A DNA stretch of 45,164 nt from an uncultured Halobacteriales archaeon (GTDB taxonomy: Archaea; Thermoplasmatota; E2; JACPAO01; JAHWKR01). The position numbers were made by a program, and so were the translations under genes. Positions 1 through 8,564 of the stretch are shown piece after piece. A model generated the notes under the pieces. The model did no database searches, was not told the origin of the DNA, and worked only from the letters and a program-made list of their open reading frames with translations. Position 1 is the stretch's first letter; every line of letters starts with the position of its first letter. The DNA is taken from assembly GCA_964452895.1 (NCBI GenBank), contig CAYVRY010000002.1, positions 18,155 to 63,318 of the forward strand, in the 5' to 3' direction.

Positions 1-114
1 AGAAGCGCGCCGCGAAGAAGAGGCGTGGCAAGAAGCGCGCGGCCAAGAAGCGCGGTAAGAAGCGCGCCGCGAAGAAGAGGCGTGGCAAGAAGCGCGCGGC
101 CAAGAAGCGCGGCA
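1..114 (+). repeat. 57-bp near-perfect coding tandem repeat
   Basis: 1-57 is repeated at 58-114 with one synonymous change (ggt/ggc). Degenerate aagaagcgc units continue to about 190. Confidence 0.85.
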
Positions 115-200
115 AGAAGCGGACCGCGAAGAAGCGCGGCAAGAAGCGCGCGGCCAAGAAGCGCCGCGGCAAGAAACGCACCGCGAAGAAAACCGCGTAG
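1..200 (+). CDS. 3' end of a histone H1-like, Lys/Arg-rich repeat protein (partial; 5' end outside window)
   Basis: Frame 3 reads KRAAKKRRGKKRAAKKRGK x2 then KRTAKKRGKKRAAKKRRGKKRTAKKTA, with TAG at 198-200. 43 of 65 residues are K/R and none are acidic. A hairpin and pyrimidine tract follow. This frame is not in the ORF track. Confidence 0.8.
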   Translation, partial: KRAAKKRRGKKRAAKKRGKKRAAKKRRGKKRAAKKRGKKRTAKKRGKKRAAKKRRGKKRTAKKTA

Positions 201-212
201 CCGTAGGGTCGT

Positions 213-280
213 TCACCGGGGCTCCCGGTGATCGGTCGCTGTCTTTCCCCTTCCTCTCCCCATTTTCATCCTTTTTTCCG
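213..280 (+). terminator. Putative terminator of the basic repeat gene
   Basis: Hairpin tcaccggg/cccggtga (213-230) followed by a long C/T tract ending in cttttttc. Confidence 0.6.
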
Positions 281-522
281 GATCAAGCCAGCGTGGGAGG
301 CTCCAGCGGGGCGTTCTGGTCCGTCATGCCGGGGCCGCGCCCGGGCATCTACCAGTGCGTTTCCGACCGATGCAGGAAGCCCGGAGTAGTCTTTTGTAAC
401 GCGCCCAGGACGAGCGCCGGTCCGCGCGATCAGGCCGAGAATCCGCCAACGGCATGCCGCACCCTAAGCCTTACATATAGGGCCCCGGTACGCCGGAAAC
501 GGCCCCATCCGGGCCCATCGGG

Positions 523-1287
523 GTGAACAGACTGAAGTCTTCGACCAGGTTCCAGGCCCTCGTCGCCGTCGGCTTATTGATCGTCGTGGCTCTCGCCGGC
601 TTGAGCGCCGCCAGGATGAACGGAATCCTCGAGGAGGAGCAGGCCGGGGTGCGGCAGACGGGCCCCGCCCAACCGGGCTGTCACGCTCCGGACGCGTCGG
701 CGAACGTGCAGGCGGTGCTCGAGGGGGTCCCCGGCAATTACACGCTCATGCCCGGGGGAGGGGAATACGCTCCCCAGGAGTTCAACCTGAGCGTGCGGAT
801 CGAAGGCGGTCCCGGGGGGGACGTCGGCGGGTTCAACCTTTGGGCCTCCGGCGGCACGCTGGCTGCGGCCCAGGGCGAAGAGGACCGCCTGCGGCTCTCG
901 GAAGACTCCGACGAAGCGACCCACACAACAGACGGCCGCACGGGCCGCTCGTGGAATCTCACTTGGACCTCCCCGGAGGAGCCGGACGAATCGGTGGTCT
1001 TCCAGCTCATCGTCAACGCGATCGACCCGGATTCCCAGGCGCCGAGCCCGACGGACGAGTGGAACCGGGACACCCGGGTCTCGGCGGGCGACAGCGGCGT
1101 CCAGGTCGCCGGAGAGGAACATGCAGTCCGTGTGGAGGAGATCGGCGTGGGCTGGTTCGCCTACTGGGTGGGCATCATCAGTTTCGCGTTCCTCATCGTG
1201 ATCCTGCTCGTCTATTTCGTGGTCTTCCGGTACGGGGAGACCTCCAAGGCGACGGATCATCGGTCGCGCAAAGGAAAGTCGAAGTAA
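523..1287 (+). CDS. Exported Reeler/choice-of-anchor-V-like beta-sandwich protein with C-terminal membrane anchor and a single-Cys 'GCH' motif
   Basis: N-terminal hydrophobic signal; motifs GCH, GGFNL, EATH, WNLTWTSP, NAID and DEWN; C-terminal TM helix with basic tail; first gene of the Rieske/cytb cluster. Confidence 0.65.
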   Translation: MNRLKSSTRFQALVAVGLLIVVALAGLSAARMNGILEEEQAGVRQTGPAQPGCHAPDASANVQAVLEGVPGNYTLMPGGGEYAPQEFNLSVRIEGGPGGDVGGFNLWASGGTLAAAQGEEDRLRLSEDSDEATHTTDGRTGRSWNLTWTSPEEPDESVVFQLIVNAIDPDSQAPSPTDEWNRDTRVSAGDSGVQVAGEEHAVRVEEIGVGWFAYWVGIISFAFLIVILLVYFVVFRYGETSKATDHRSRKGKSK

Positions 1288-1310
1288 GACCCGCACAGCG
1301 AGGTGATTGA

Positions 1311-1616
1311 TTGGCCAAGCAGATGGGCGACATCGTTCGTTTCGAACCCGCATCCCAAGCAGCGTTCGCGGCGCTCCTGATCGTCGTGACCACACTCGTA
1401 GTGGTCGTCAACGCGGTGATGTTCATCGTGGGGCTCCAGCTCGGCTGGAACGCACCTCTGCAGCAGACGCAGTTGGGGGTCTGGCTGGCGAACACGATGT
1501 TCGGCCTGGCCTTGATCCTGATCCTTTACCGTCGCTTCTTCGTCGACGACATGCTCATCGTCAAGAAGCGCCATCCCAAGTACGAGGATTTCCTGGAGAA
1601 GTACGACATTGACTGA
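1311..1616 (+). CDS. Small 2-TM membrane protein, possible accessory subunit of the Rieske/cytb complex
   Basis: 101-aa ORF (TTG start; ATG alternative at 1323) with two hydrophobic helices and an SD-like gaggtg upstream. Lies between the exported protein and the Rieske gene. Confidence 0.7.
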   Translation: MAKQMGDIVRFEPASQAAFAALLIVVTTLVVVVNAVMFIVGLQLGWNAPLQQTQLGVWLANTMFGLALILILYRRFFVDDMLIVKKRHPKYEDFLEKYDID

Positions 1617-1669
1617 GGCTCCCGCGCTCCATCTTTCCCCCCGAAACGACCCCATCAGAAAGTGATTCC

Positions 1670-2494
1670 ATGCCCGAATACGAGGATTCCGTGCTCCCGG
1701 AGGAAGAAGAAGGCGTCGACCGCCGCCGGTTCGTCAAAGGCGCCATGGGTGCTGCGACGCTCGGTGTGGCGGGGGCGGCGGGTTTCGGGATGTTCAAGCA
1801 GATCGCGGTCCCCGGCGACACGATCGTTTCCTTTATAGACTACTTCGGGGCCCGCGCCATGCCCGGCAGCCCCGCGCCGCGAGGATTGCCGCTGATTCCG
1901 GTGCGTGTCAACGATGAGGGGTTCGTGGAGGGCGTCCCGGAGAAAGAGAGGAACGGCGTCATGGTCAACTACTTGGACCGGCTGCGCTACTGCGGTTATC
2001 AGAGCGCGCCGAACCTGAAGGACCCTTCCAGCGGGGACAACGTGTTCCGTTATTTCCTCACGGAGGAGAAGATCCACCAGGCCGCCGACCCGGAAGGCAC
2101 CTGGTTCTTCCTGGACAAGATCGGCGATCGGGTGCGTGCCGATGACTTCGCGGACCTGGACTACAACACGGGCGCGGCGGTGCGTTGGCGCAGTGAGGAC
2201 GCGCGGCCCAGCGACATCGTGACCATGATGGTCCTCAAGCTGGACCCGGACCGGTTCGAAGGGCCCAATGCCGGGGAGTTGGAGCACTTCATGGACAACG
2301 ACCACAACCTGGTCGGGTTGTCCGCGATCTGCACCCATTTTTGTTGCGTGCCCGGCTACAAGGAGGCCAGGACGAAGGCGGAGTCGTTCGGTGCCTGGGA
2401 GATGGCGTTCTGCACGTGCCACAATTCCCGCTTCAACCCGTACGAGATCACCGGCTACAACTTCATGCTCCGGGAGAAGGTCGAGGAGGATTGA
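1670..2494 (+). CDS. Rieske [2Fe-2S] subunit of a Rieske/cytochrome b complex
   Basis: Tat signal DRRRFVKG plus hydrophobic helix; Rieske boxes CTHFCC and CTCHNSRF; directly upstream of cytochrome b. Confidence 0.93.
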   Translation: MPEYEDSVLPEEEEGVDRRRFVKGAMGAATLGVAGAAGFGMFKQIAVPGDTIVSFIDYFGARAMPGSPAPRGLPLIPVRVNDEGFVEGVPEKERNGVMVNYLDRLRYCGYQSAPNLKDPSSGDNVFRYFLTEEKIHQAADPEGTWFFLDKIGDRVRADDFADLDYNTGAAVRWRSEDARPSDIVTMMVLKLDPDRFEGPNAGELEHFMDNDHNLVGLSAICTHFCCVPGYKEARTKAESFGAWEMAFCTCHNSRFNPYEITGYNFMLREKVEED

Positions 2495-2555
2495 CCAGAT
2501 GATGGATGACGAGGCGGCGTGCACTCGACCCGGTGGATCGGAGGCGACGGTCTAG

Positions 2556-3380
2556 ATGGCGAGGGTGCAAGGGCGGCCCACCAAGGGCGCGGACACAACG
2601 ATCTCAGGCAAGGGGAAGGCGAGCCGGGGCCAGCGCGCCGCGCTGCGCACGTTCGCCTGGCTCGAAGACCGGTTCCTGCTGCGTCAGTTCCGCACCCAGA
2701 CGCGGGAGTTCATGTACCGCATCAACATGCAGATGCCGGTCTCCCACACGGAGCGCTACAACCTGCGTGTGATCTGGTATTGGTATCCGCTCTACACGCT
2801 GGGAAGCCTGGCGTTGCTCTCTTTCCTGATCGCCGCGATCAGCGGCACGCTCCTGGCGCTCTACTATGTCCCTTCCGCCGCGGCCACCTCGCTCCGGCCC
2901 TACGGCGACCTGCCCACGGAGGCGTGGGTCTCCGTGGCGGTGACGATCACGCAGGAGATCCCGTTCGGGTTCATGTTGCGCCAGATGCATTTCTGGTCCG
3001 CGATGGTCATGGTGGCCGCCGTGATCCTGCACACCTGCCGGATCTATTTCACGCAGAGCTACAAGAAGCCGCGTGAGGTGAACTACTTCATCGGCATCAC
3101 CTTGCTGGTGCTCACGCTCGGCCTGGGTTACACCGGATACCTGCTGCCTTGGAGCCAGCTCTCCTATTGGGCCGGCCAGATCGGCCTCCAGATGGCGCTG
3201 ATCACGCCCATGATCGGGCAGTGGGCGGCGGCTCTTGTCTTCGGCGGTGCCACGCTGGGCCAGGAGACCTTGACCCGCATGTACATCCTGCATGTGTTCA
3301 TCCTCCCCATCATCACGTTCCTGGTGATCGTCGTGCACATCATGCTCGTCTGGATCCAGGGCATCACGGAACCCCACTGA
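2556..3380 (+). CDS. petB: Cytochrome b6-like subunit (N-terminal half of split cytochrome b)
   Basis: Heme-ligand His pairs in QMHFWSAMVMVAAVILH and LHVFILPIITFLVIVVH; GYTGYLLPW; TLTRMYILH; ends QGITEPH as in b6. Confidence 0.95.
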   Translation: MARVQGRPTKGADTTISGKGKASRGQRAALRTFAWLEDRFLLRQFRTQTREFMYRINMQMPVSHTERYNLRVIWYWYPLYTLGSLALLSFLIAAISGTLLALYYVPSAAATSLRPYGDLPTEAWVSVAVTITQEIPFGFMLRQMHFWSAMVMVAAVILHTCRIYFTQSYKKPREVNYFIGITLLVLTLGLGYTGYLLPWSQLSYWAGQIGLQMALITPMIGQWAAALVFGGATLGQETLTRMYILHVFILPIITFLVIVVHIMLVWIQGITEPH

Positions 3381-3398
3381 ACCACGGAAACGGATACC

Positions 3399-4118
3399 AT
3401 GCCGACCACGAAAGATATGATCCGGTCCTACATGGACGAGGTGGACCGCCTCGAAGAGGAGGCCCGCTCGAAAAAGCGCTTCCGTGCCGTGGAAGGGTTC
3501 CCGTTCTGGCCCCACGAGTTCCTGCGTGACATGGCGCTCGTGTTGATCTTCGTCGCCGGTATGATCTACCTCTCCGCGTTCATCCCGTACTACTTGGAGG
3601 CGCCGGCGGACCCGGCCGGTCAACCGGAAGTGATCCTGCCGGATTGGTACCTGCTCTGGTCGTACGGGCTCTTGAAGATCGCCGTGTCGGTGAAGATCTT
3701 CGGGGTGGAGCTCATGACCGGGGACCTTGCGGGTGTGCTCCTGAACGGGGTCGTCGTGGGTTTCATGATCATCGTGCCGTTCATCTCCCGCGGTGTGGCG
3801 CGGCGGCCCACCCAGGCGGCCGCCATGGCGGGCTTCGGTGTCTTCGGGATGCTGTTGGGGATCACGTTGTCCGTGTATTCCGTGGATGTGCTCCTGATGG
3901 AGGAATGGCCGTGGTTGGCCACGGACCTCTGGGTCCAGCAGGGGCTCTCCGAGTTCCTGCATCTGCTGCAGACGAACATCCTGAGCATCCTCACGCTGGG
4001 GGTCCCGGTGTTGGGCGCCATCGTCACCTATTTCTTCTTGAAGTGGCGCGGTGCGATCAAGGACGGGACGCCGGGTTACGAGCACAAGCTCTCGGCGAGC
4101 TATTACAAGATCCGGTAA
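3399..4118 (+). CDS. petD: Cytochrome b6f subunit IV-like protein (C-terminal half of cytochrome b)
   Basis: PFWP motif, PADP...ILPDWY (Qo-site PEWY variant), several TM helices; follows petB. Confidence 0.92.
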   Translation: MPTTKDMIRSYMDEVDRLEEEARSKKRFRAVEGFPFWPHEFLRDMALVLIFVAGMIYLSAFIPYYLEAPADPAGQPEVILPDWYLLWSYGLLKIAVSVKIFGVELMTGDLAGVLLNGVVVGFMIIVPFISRGVARRPTQAAAMAGFGVFGMLLGITLSVYSVDVLLMEEWPWLATDLWVQQGLSEFLHLLQTNILSILTLGVPVLGAIVTYFFLKWRGAIKDGTPGYEHKLSASYYKIR

Positions 4119-4212
4119 GCGGCCGGCGCGGCGTGGGTGGCAAGTCTTATCGCCCGGCCGGGCTGCTGCCGGAGGTGTGCAGAGCACGCAGGACACCACG
4201 TCCAAGCGCGCC

Positions 4213-4689
4213 ATGGGCCGTAGCGACTGGCGGGAGGTCACCCTGGCGCGTTACCGCCGTTACACGACGGTCTCCAGCCTGCTCGGTGTCGCGCTGTTGG
4301 CGTGGGGCTTGTGGCGATTGGCGCATGCGCAGTTCATCACGGGGCTCCTGCTGATCGTCGCGGGCTTCGTGGCGGGGCTTTGGACCGTCTTGTTGCGCAT
4401 CGAGGGGACGCCGGCCCCGCTCTATGAACCCAAGCCGCAGGGTCGCGAGGAATGGGCGCCGCGGGTGCTGCACTTCTACACCCGCAGACAATGCACGCTC
4501 TGCGACGAGGCCAGGACGCGCTTGGAGCCGGTGATGCGGGCCAAGGGGATCACGATCGTGGCGCACGACGTGGACAAGGACCCCGTCCTTGAGAAGCGCT
4601 ACGGGGCGCGGGTCCCCGTGGCGGTCTACGAAGGGGACGAGGTGTTCGCCTTGCAGTACGACGACCAGGCGGTGCGGGTGCTGCGATGA
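4213..4689 (+). CDS. Membrane-anchored glutaredoxin-like (DUF836-like) protein
   Basis: Two N-terminal TM helices, then YTRRQCTLCDEA ... DVDKDP ... YGARVPV (thioredoxin fold, CxxC, cis-Pro). ATG at 4213 chosen as start. Confidence 0.8.
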   Translation: MGRSDWREVTLARYRRYTTVSSLLGVALLAWGLWRLAHAQFITGLLLIVAGFVAGLWTVLLRIEGTPAPLYEPKPQGREEWAPRVLHFYTRRQCTLCDEARTRLEPVMRAKGITIVAHDVDKDPVLEKRYGARVPVAVYEGDEVFALQYDDQAVRVLR

Positions 4690-4775
4690 GGCGGCCTCCA
4701 TGCGATCGCCGGGGACGAGCCGGCCGCTGAGCGCCTCAACGGTTTTATGCCCGACGGGGGGTCCCTGGAGCGGAT

Positions 4776-5531
4776 ATGGCCCTTTTGTCCAAACCGGACG
4801 AGAACCGCCTCTGGCTCGTGATCGCCGCGCTGTTGGGCGTGAGCATGGTCCTGCTTTTTGCTTCATTCCAGGTCCCTTGGTACATGGCGACCTTGACCAC
4901 GGGGAATGTGGAGTTCCAGGGTGAGTTCGATTTCAACGAGGCGGACGTGGAGGTCTATTCGGGCGGTCAATTGCTGGATTCCCATACGTTGGCGTACGGG
5001 GACCCGAGCGCGTTCGGGGACCTCATGGACCGTGTGGGTGTGCTCATGGGGCTCGGCACGTTCGCCGTTCTGGGTCTGGCGGCGCTCTTGTTCTCGCATT
5101 ATCGCGGCTGGTTCTCCCATTCCAAGCTCATTGCGTTGGCCTGGATCCTTGGCGTGGGAGGGATCGCGGCGGGTCTCACGAGTTTCACGTTGGGCGCGGG
5201 GAGTGCAGGCGCGGACGAGATCTCCCGGTTGCTGGCCATCTACGCTCCGGGGGAGTCGGACCAGCTGGGTCGTCCCGACCCGCTGTTCTGGGGCACGCAG
5301 ACCTATGCCGGCGGGGAGCTCGTCTCGGCACCCGGAGTGGGTTGGTTGCTGGCGATCCTGGCGCTCTTGAACCTGGGCGCCGCGACGCTCTTGTTGTACC
5401 AGTTCCCGGCGGGCACGAGCGAGCCGGACGAGGGGGAGCTGGAGTCTTTCCGGCCCGTCGGGGAGGAGACCGGCGACCGGGAAGTGCGTGAGGCCCCCTT
5501 GGGGGCCCAGGAACCATGGAGTCGGGGCTGA
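4776..5531 (+). CDS. Hypothetical 4-TM membrane protein
   Basis: Four hydrophobic segments, PWY after TM1, GVGW before TM4, acidic tail; ttttat upstream. Confidence 0.7.
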   Translation: MALLSKPDENRLWLVIAALLGVSMVLLFASFQVPWYMATLTTGNVEFQGEFDFNEADVEVYSGGQLLDSHTLAYGDPSAFGDLMDRVGVLMGLGTFAVLGLAALLFSHYRGWFSHSKLIALAWILGVGGIAAGLTSFTLGAGSAGADEISRLLAIYAPGESDQLGRPDPLFWGTQTYAGGELVSAPGVGWLLAILALLNLGAATLLLYQFPAGTSEPDEGELESFRPVGEETGDREVREAPLGAQEPWSRG

Positions 5532-5616
5532 GTCTCTCATCCGTGGCAGCCCACAGGCCATGGATGGCAAACGGTTTATCCAATTGGCACCGTCGGCGTC
5601 GTCGTCGGAGGCACTC

Positions 5617-7095
5617 ATGGAGTCGTTCGAACTCGTGTTATGGGTCTTCTCTTCGCCGGAGCTTGCGGCCTCGTTGCAAGGGTTCGGTCGGCGCGTGGTG
5701 GCGGGGCTGGTGGTCGGCAGCATCTTCGCGCTCGCCGGCGTCGGTCTGACCTTGGTCTATGGGATCCTCCGGCTGGCGAATTTCGCCCACGGCGATTTCC
5801 TGACACTGGGGACGTACCTGGCGCTCTATTTTGTGGCGTTGATCACGTTGCCTGCGACCCTGAGGTGGGGCCTGGGCGCGGCGTTGCTGCTCATTCTCCT
5901 GGTGGCCGCGGACCGCTACCTTCGTCCCTGGTGGGTCCGAAGGCGGGGCTCGGGCGAAGGGGCCGTTTTGCACAAGCTCTCGGCCACGGAGTCCGCGCTG
6001 GTGCTCTATGCGGCTGCGGCATTGGTCGCCCTGGTGGCCGGGAACCGCTTCCCGGTCGGGGTCCCTTCCGCGTGGGTGGCGTTCATCGTCGCTCTGGCCG
6101 CGGCCGGCGTCCTGGTGTGGCGTCTTCTCTCCAGTGCGCGGGACCAGGCGGCAGGCGGCAGGCAGCTTCTGGCCTGGGTGGGGTTCGCCGTTGTCGCGGT
6201 GGCGGCGGCTCATTTCCTTGTCCCGCTGCAGACCGGGCCGGGCGGTTTCTCGTTTCCCGGCGAGATCGCCATCGGCCTGGTCGTGCTCGCGGTGGGCGCG
6301 CTCCGGTCGAAGCGGGATGCCGGCGAGGACCCGGCGGTGCTCGGGGTCCTGGGATTGACGGGTCTGGTCGCGCTCTACTTGTTGGCCACACCGATCCTGT
6401 TGGCGGTCACGTTGGCGTTGGCGATCGTCGCTGCGGTGAGTGTGGTCTTGGACCTTGTCATGTGGCGGCGCGCCCGCGCCATGGGGGCGGGTCTGGTCAC
6501 GCTGATCATCATGGCGATCGGGTTGGCGCTGGTGATCCGCAATTCGATCATCGTCTTGTGGGGGGGCGGTCTGAAAGGGTTCCCGGGCGTCCTGCGTCGC
6601 GGGGAGGAGATCCTCGGCACCGGCGTCTTGATCACTCCGAACCAGGCCATCGTGATCGGCGTGACGGTGCTCGTCGCGCTTCTGCTTCATTTCCTCCTTC
6701 AGCATACCCGGGTGGGTAAGGCCATGCGGGCGTTGTCGGACGACATGGAGCTGGCGCGGGTATCCGGGATCGACGTGGACCGGGTGGTCTTGTATGTCTG
6801 GATCGTCGGCGGGGTCCTCGTGGCTTTGGCGGGGATCTTGTACGGGATGACGCGGGCGTTCACGCCGAGCCTGGGCTGGCATCAGCTTCTGCCCATCTTC
6901 GCTGCGGTGATCCTGGGCGGGATCGGCAGCGCGTACGGGGCCATGGTGGGCGGTTTCGCGATCGGGCTGGCCATGGAGACGAGCGTCTTTTTCGGGGTGC
7001 CTTCGGAGTACCGCCTCGCCGTGGGCTTCGGGATCTTGATCCTGGTGATGATCTTCCGGCCCCGGGGGATCTTCGGGAGGTCGGCGGTCCGATGA
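5617..7095 (+). CDS. livH: Branched-chain amino acid ABC transporter permease, LivH-like, with a large internal TM insertion
   Basis: ALAGVGLTLVYGILRLANFAHG; TRVGKAMRALSDD..LARVSGID; FAAVILGGIGS. ATG 5617 has ggagg upstream. Confidence 0.9.
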   Translation: MESFELVLWVFSSPELAASLQGFGRRVVAGLVVGSIFALAGVGLTLVYGILRLANFAHGDFLTLGTYLALYFVALITLPATLRWGLGAALLLILLVAADRYLRPWWVRRRGSGEGAVLHKLSATESALVLYAAAALVALVAGNRFPVGVPSAWVAFIVALAAAGVLVWRLLSSARDQAAGGRQLLAWVGFAVVAVAAAHFLVPLQTGPGGFSFPGEIAIGLVVLAVGALRSKRDAGEDPAVLGVLGLTGLVALYLLATPILLAVTLALAIVAAVSVVLDLVMWRRARAMGAGLVTLIIMAIGLALVIRNSIIVLWGGGLKGFPGVLRRGEEILGTGVLITPNQAIVIGVTVLVALLLHFLLQHTRVGKAMRALSDDMELARVSGIDVDRVVLYVWIVGGVLVALAGILYGMTRAFTPSLGWHQLLPIFAAVILGGIGSAYGAMVGGFAIGLAMETSVFFGVPSEYRLAVGFGILILVMIFRPRGIFGRSAVR

Positions 7096-8564
7096 CGCAA
7101 GATGAGCCGCGGCAGGCGACCCTATGGCGACGCCACGGGCGATGGGCAGTGGGGATCGGTGTGCTGCTCTCGTTCCTGGCGTGGTTGACGTGGAGTGTCC
7201 ATCCGGATTTCTCGCTGCTCGTCTATGTGGGGGCGCTGGCCGGGATCCATCGGTGGGTGGTGACGAGCCGGCGGTTCACGCCCCGGGTGCGGGAGAACCT
7301 CGTCTTTTTGGTCCTGGGGGTCGGGCTGCTGGGCATGCTCTGGATGCTCACCGGGTTGAACAACCAGGCCATGGCGGGGATCATCCTCGTCATGGCGATC
7401 TACGCGCTGTTCGGTCTGGGTCTGAACCTTCAGTTCGGGTATACGGGGATCATCAATTTCGGGCATGTGGCCTTCCTGGGGATCGGTGCGTATGCGGTGG
7501 CGGTGATGACGTTCCGTTATCCGCATTGGGCCGGCGTGCTCCAAGACCCGGGGGGATGGAGCCTGCTCGCCGTGGTGCTTTCTGCCCTGCTTCTTTTCCT
7601 CCTCGTCGGTTTCTTCTTCAGCCTGGTCGTGGAGTGGGTGTTCACCATGATCGACATCCCGTTCGAGTGGCGGCGACGTTCGCAGATCATCGCCGGGACG
7701 GGCGGGGGGCTCCTGGCGGTGCTGGTCCTGTTGTGGGTGGTGCCGTACCCGCTTTCACCCATGTGGGCGATGACCTTCTTCCTCGCCGCGGCGGCCGTCG
7801 TGGGGATGATCGTCGCCGCCTTCGCCGGCCTGCTTCTGGGGCTGCCTACGCTCCGGCTGCGCGCGGATTACCTGGCCATCGTGACGATCGGTGCCGCGGA
7901 GATCCTGCGGCGCGCCTGGTTGAACGAGGCCTGGTTGACCAACGGCGCCCTGGGGCTTTCGGTGAGCCGCGGCCAGCGGCCGTTCGACGTGGCGTTCCGG
8001 GAGTGGCAGTGGCCGGGCCATCTGGCCGGGTGGTTGGACGTGGGTTCGGTGAGCACGCTTCTTTTGCTCCTGATGGTGGTCATCGTGGTGATGGTCGTGT
8101 TCGCAGGCTACGAGGTGCTTTCGCGTTCTCCGTACGGCCGGGTGCTGCGCGCGGTGCGCGAGGACGAGGACCTCGCGACGGCCCTGGGCAAGAACGTGTT
8201 CGCGTACAAGCTCCAGGTCTTGGCCATCGGGGGCGCCGTGGCGGCGCTGGCCGGGGCGTTTCTGTTGTGGCAGCAGCAGTTCATCGAGCCCAACGATTTC
8301 CACCCGCTGATCACGTTCTACGCCTGGATCATCGTGGTCGTGGGCGGGGCCGGGAACAACAAGGGCACGCTCCTGGGAGCGGTGGTCTTGTGGACCTTCT
8401 TCGAAGCGACCCGGTTCCTGAACATGGACGCCAACCTGGGCCTGAGCGGGACGCAGGCGGGCGCGTTGCGGGTCGCGCTGATCGGCCTCATGTTGATCCT
8501 TCTCATGTTGTTCAAACCGGAAGGGCTTCTGGGCAAGCGGGAGGAGTTGGTGCTTGGTGATTGA
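7092..8564 (+). CDS. livM: Branched-chain amino acid ABC transporter permease, LivM-like
   Basis: LGLNLQFGYTGIINFGH; LRLRADYLAIVTIG; SPYGRVLRAVREDE; KPEGLLG; ATGA overlap with livH. Confidence 0.92.
   Translation: MTQDEPRQATLWRRHGRWAVGIGVLLSFLAWLTWSVHPDFSLLVYVGALAGIHRWVVTSRRFTPRVRENLVFLVLGVGLLGMLWMLTGLNNQAMAGIILVMAIYALFGLGLNLQFGYTGIINFGHVAFLGIGAYAVAVMTFRYPHWAGVLQDPGGWSLLAVVLSALLLFLLVGFFFSLVVEWVFTMIDIPFEWRRRSQIIAGTGGGLLAVLVLLWVVPYPLSPMWAMTFFLAAAAVVGMIVAAFAGLLLGLPTLRLRADYLAIVTIGAAEILRRAWLNEAWLTNGALGLSVSRGQRPFDVAFREWQWPGHLAGWLDVGSVSTLLLLLMVVIVVMVVFAGYEVLSRSPYGRVLRAVREDEDLATALGKNVFAYKLQVLAIGGAVAALAGAFLLWQQQFIEPNDFHPLITFYAWIIVVVGGAGNNKGTLLGAVVLWTFFEATRFLNMDANLGLSGTQAGALRVALIGLMLILLMLFKPEGLLGKREELVLGD

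Noticed and set aside
25-231. ORF-track 68-aa 'MARSARPRSA...' protein
   Set aside because: Alternative frame of the repeat. The AAG/CGC/GCG frame ending TAG at 200 has normal GC3-rich codon usage.
293-526. 77-aa ORF upstream of the respiratory operon
   Set aside because: No motif, atypical composition, and it spans the likely promoter (cttacatata near 470-479).
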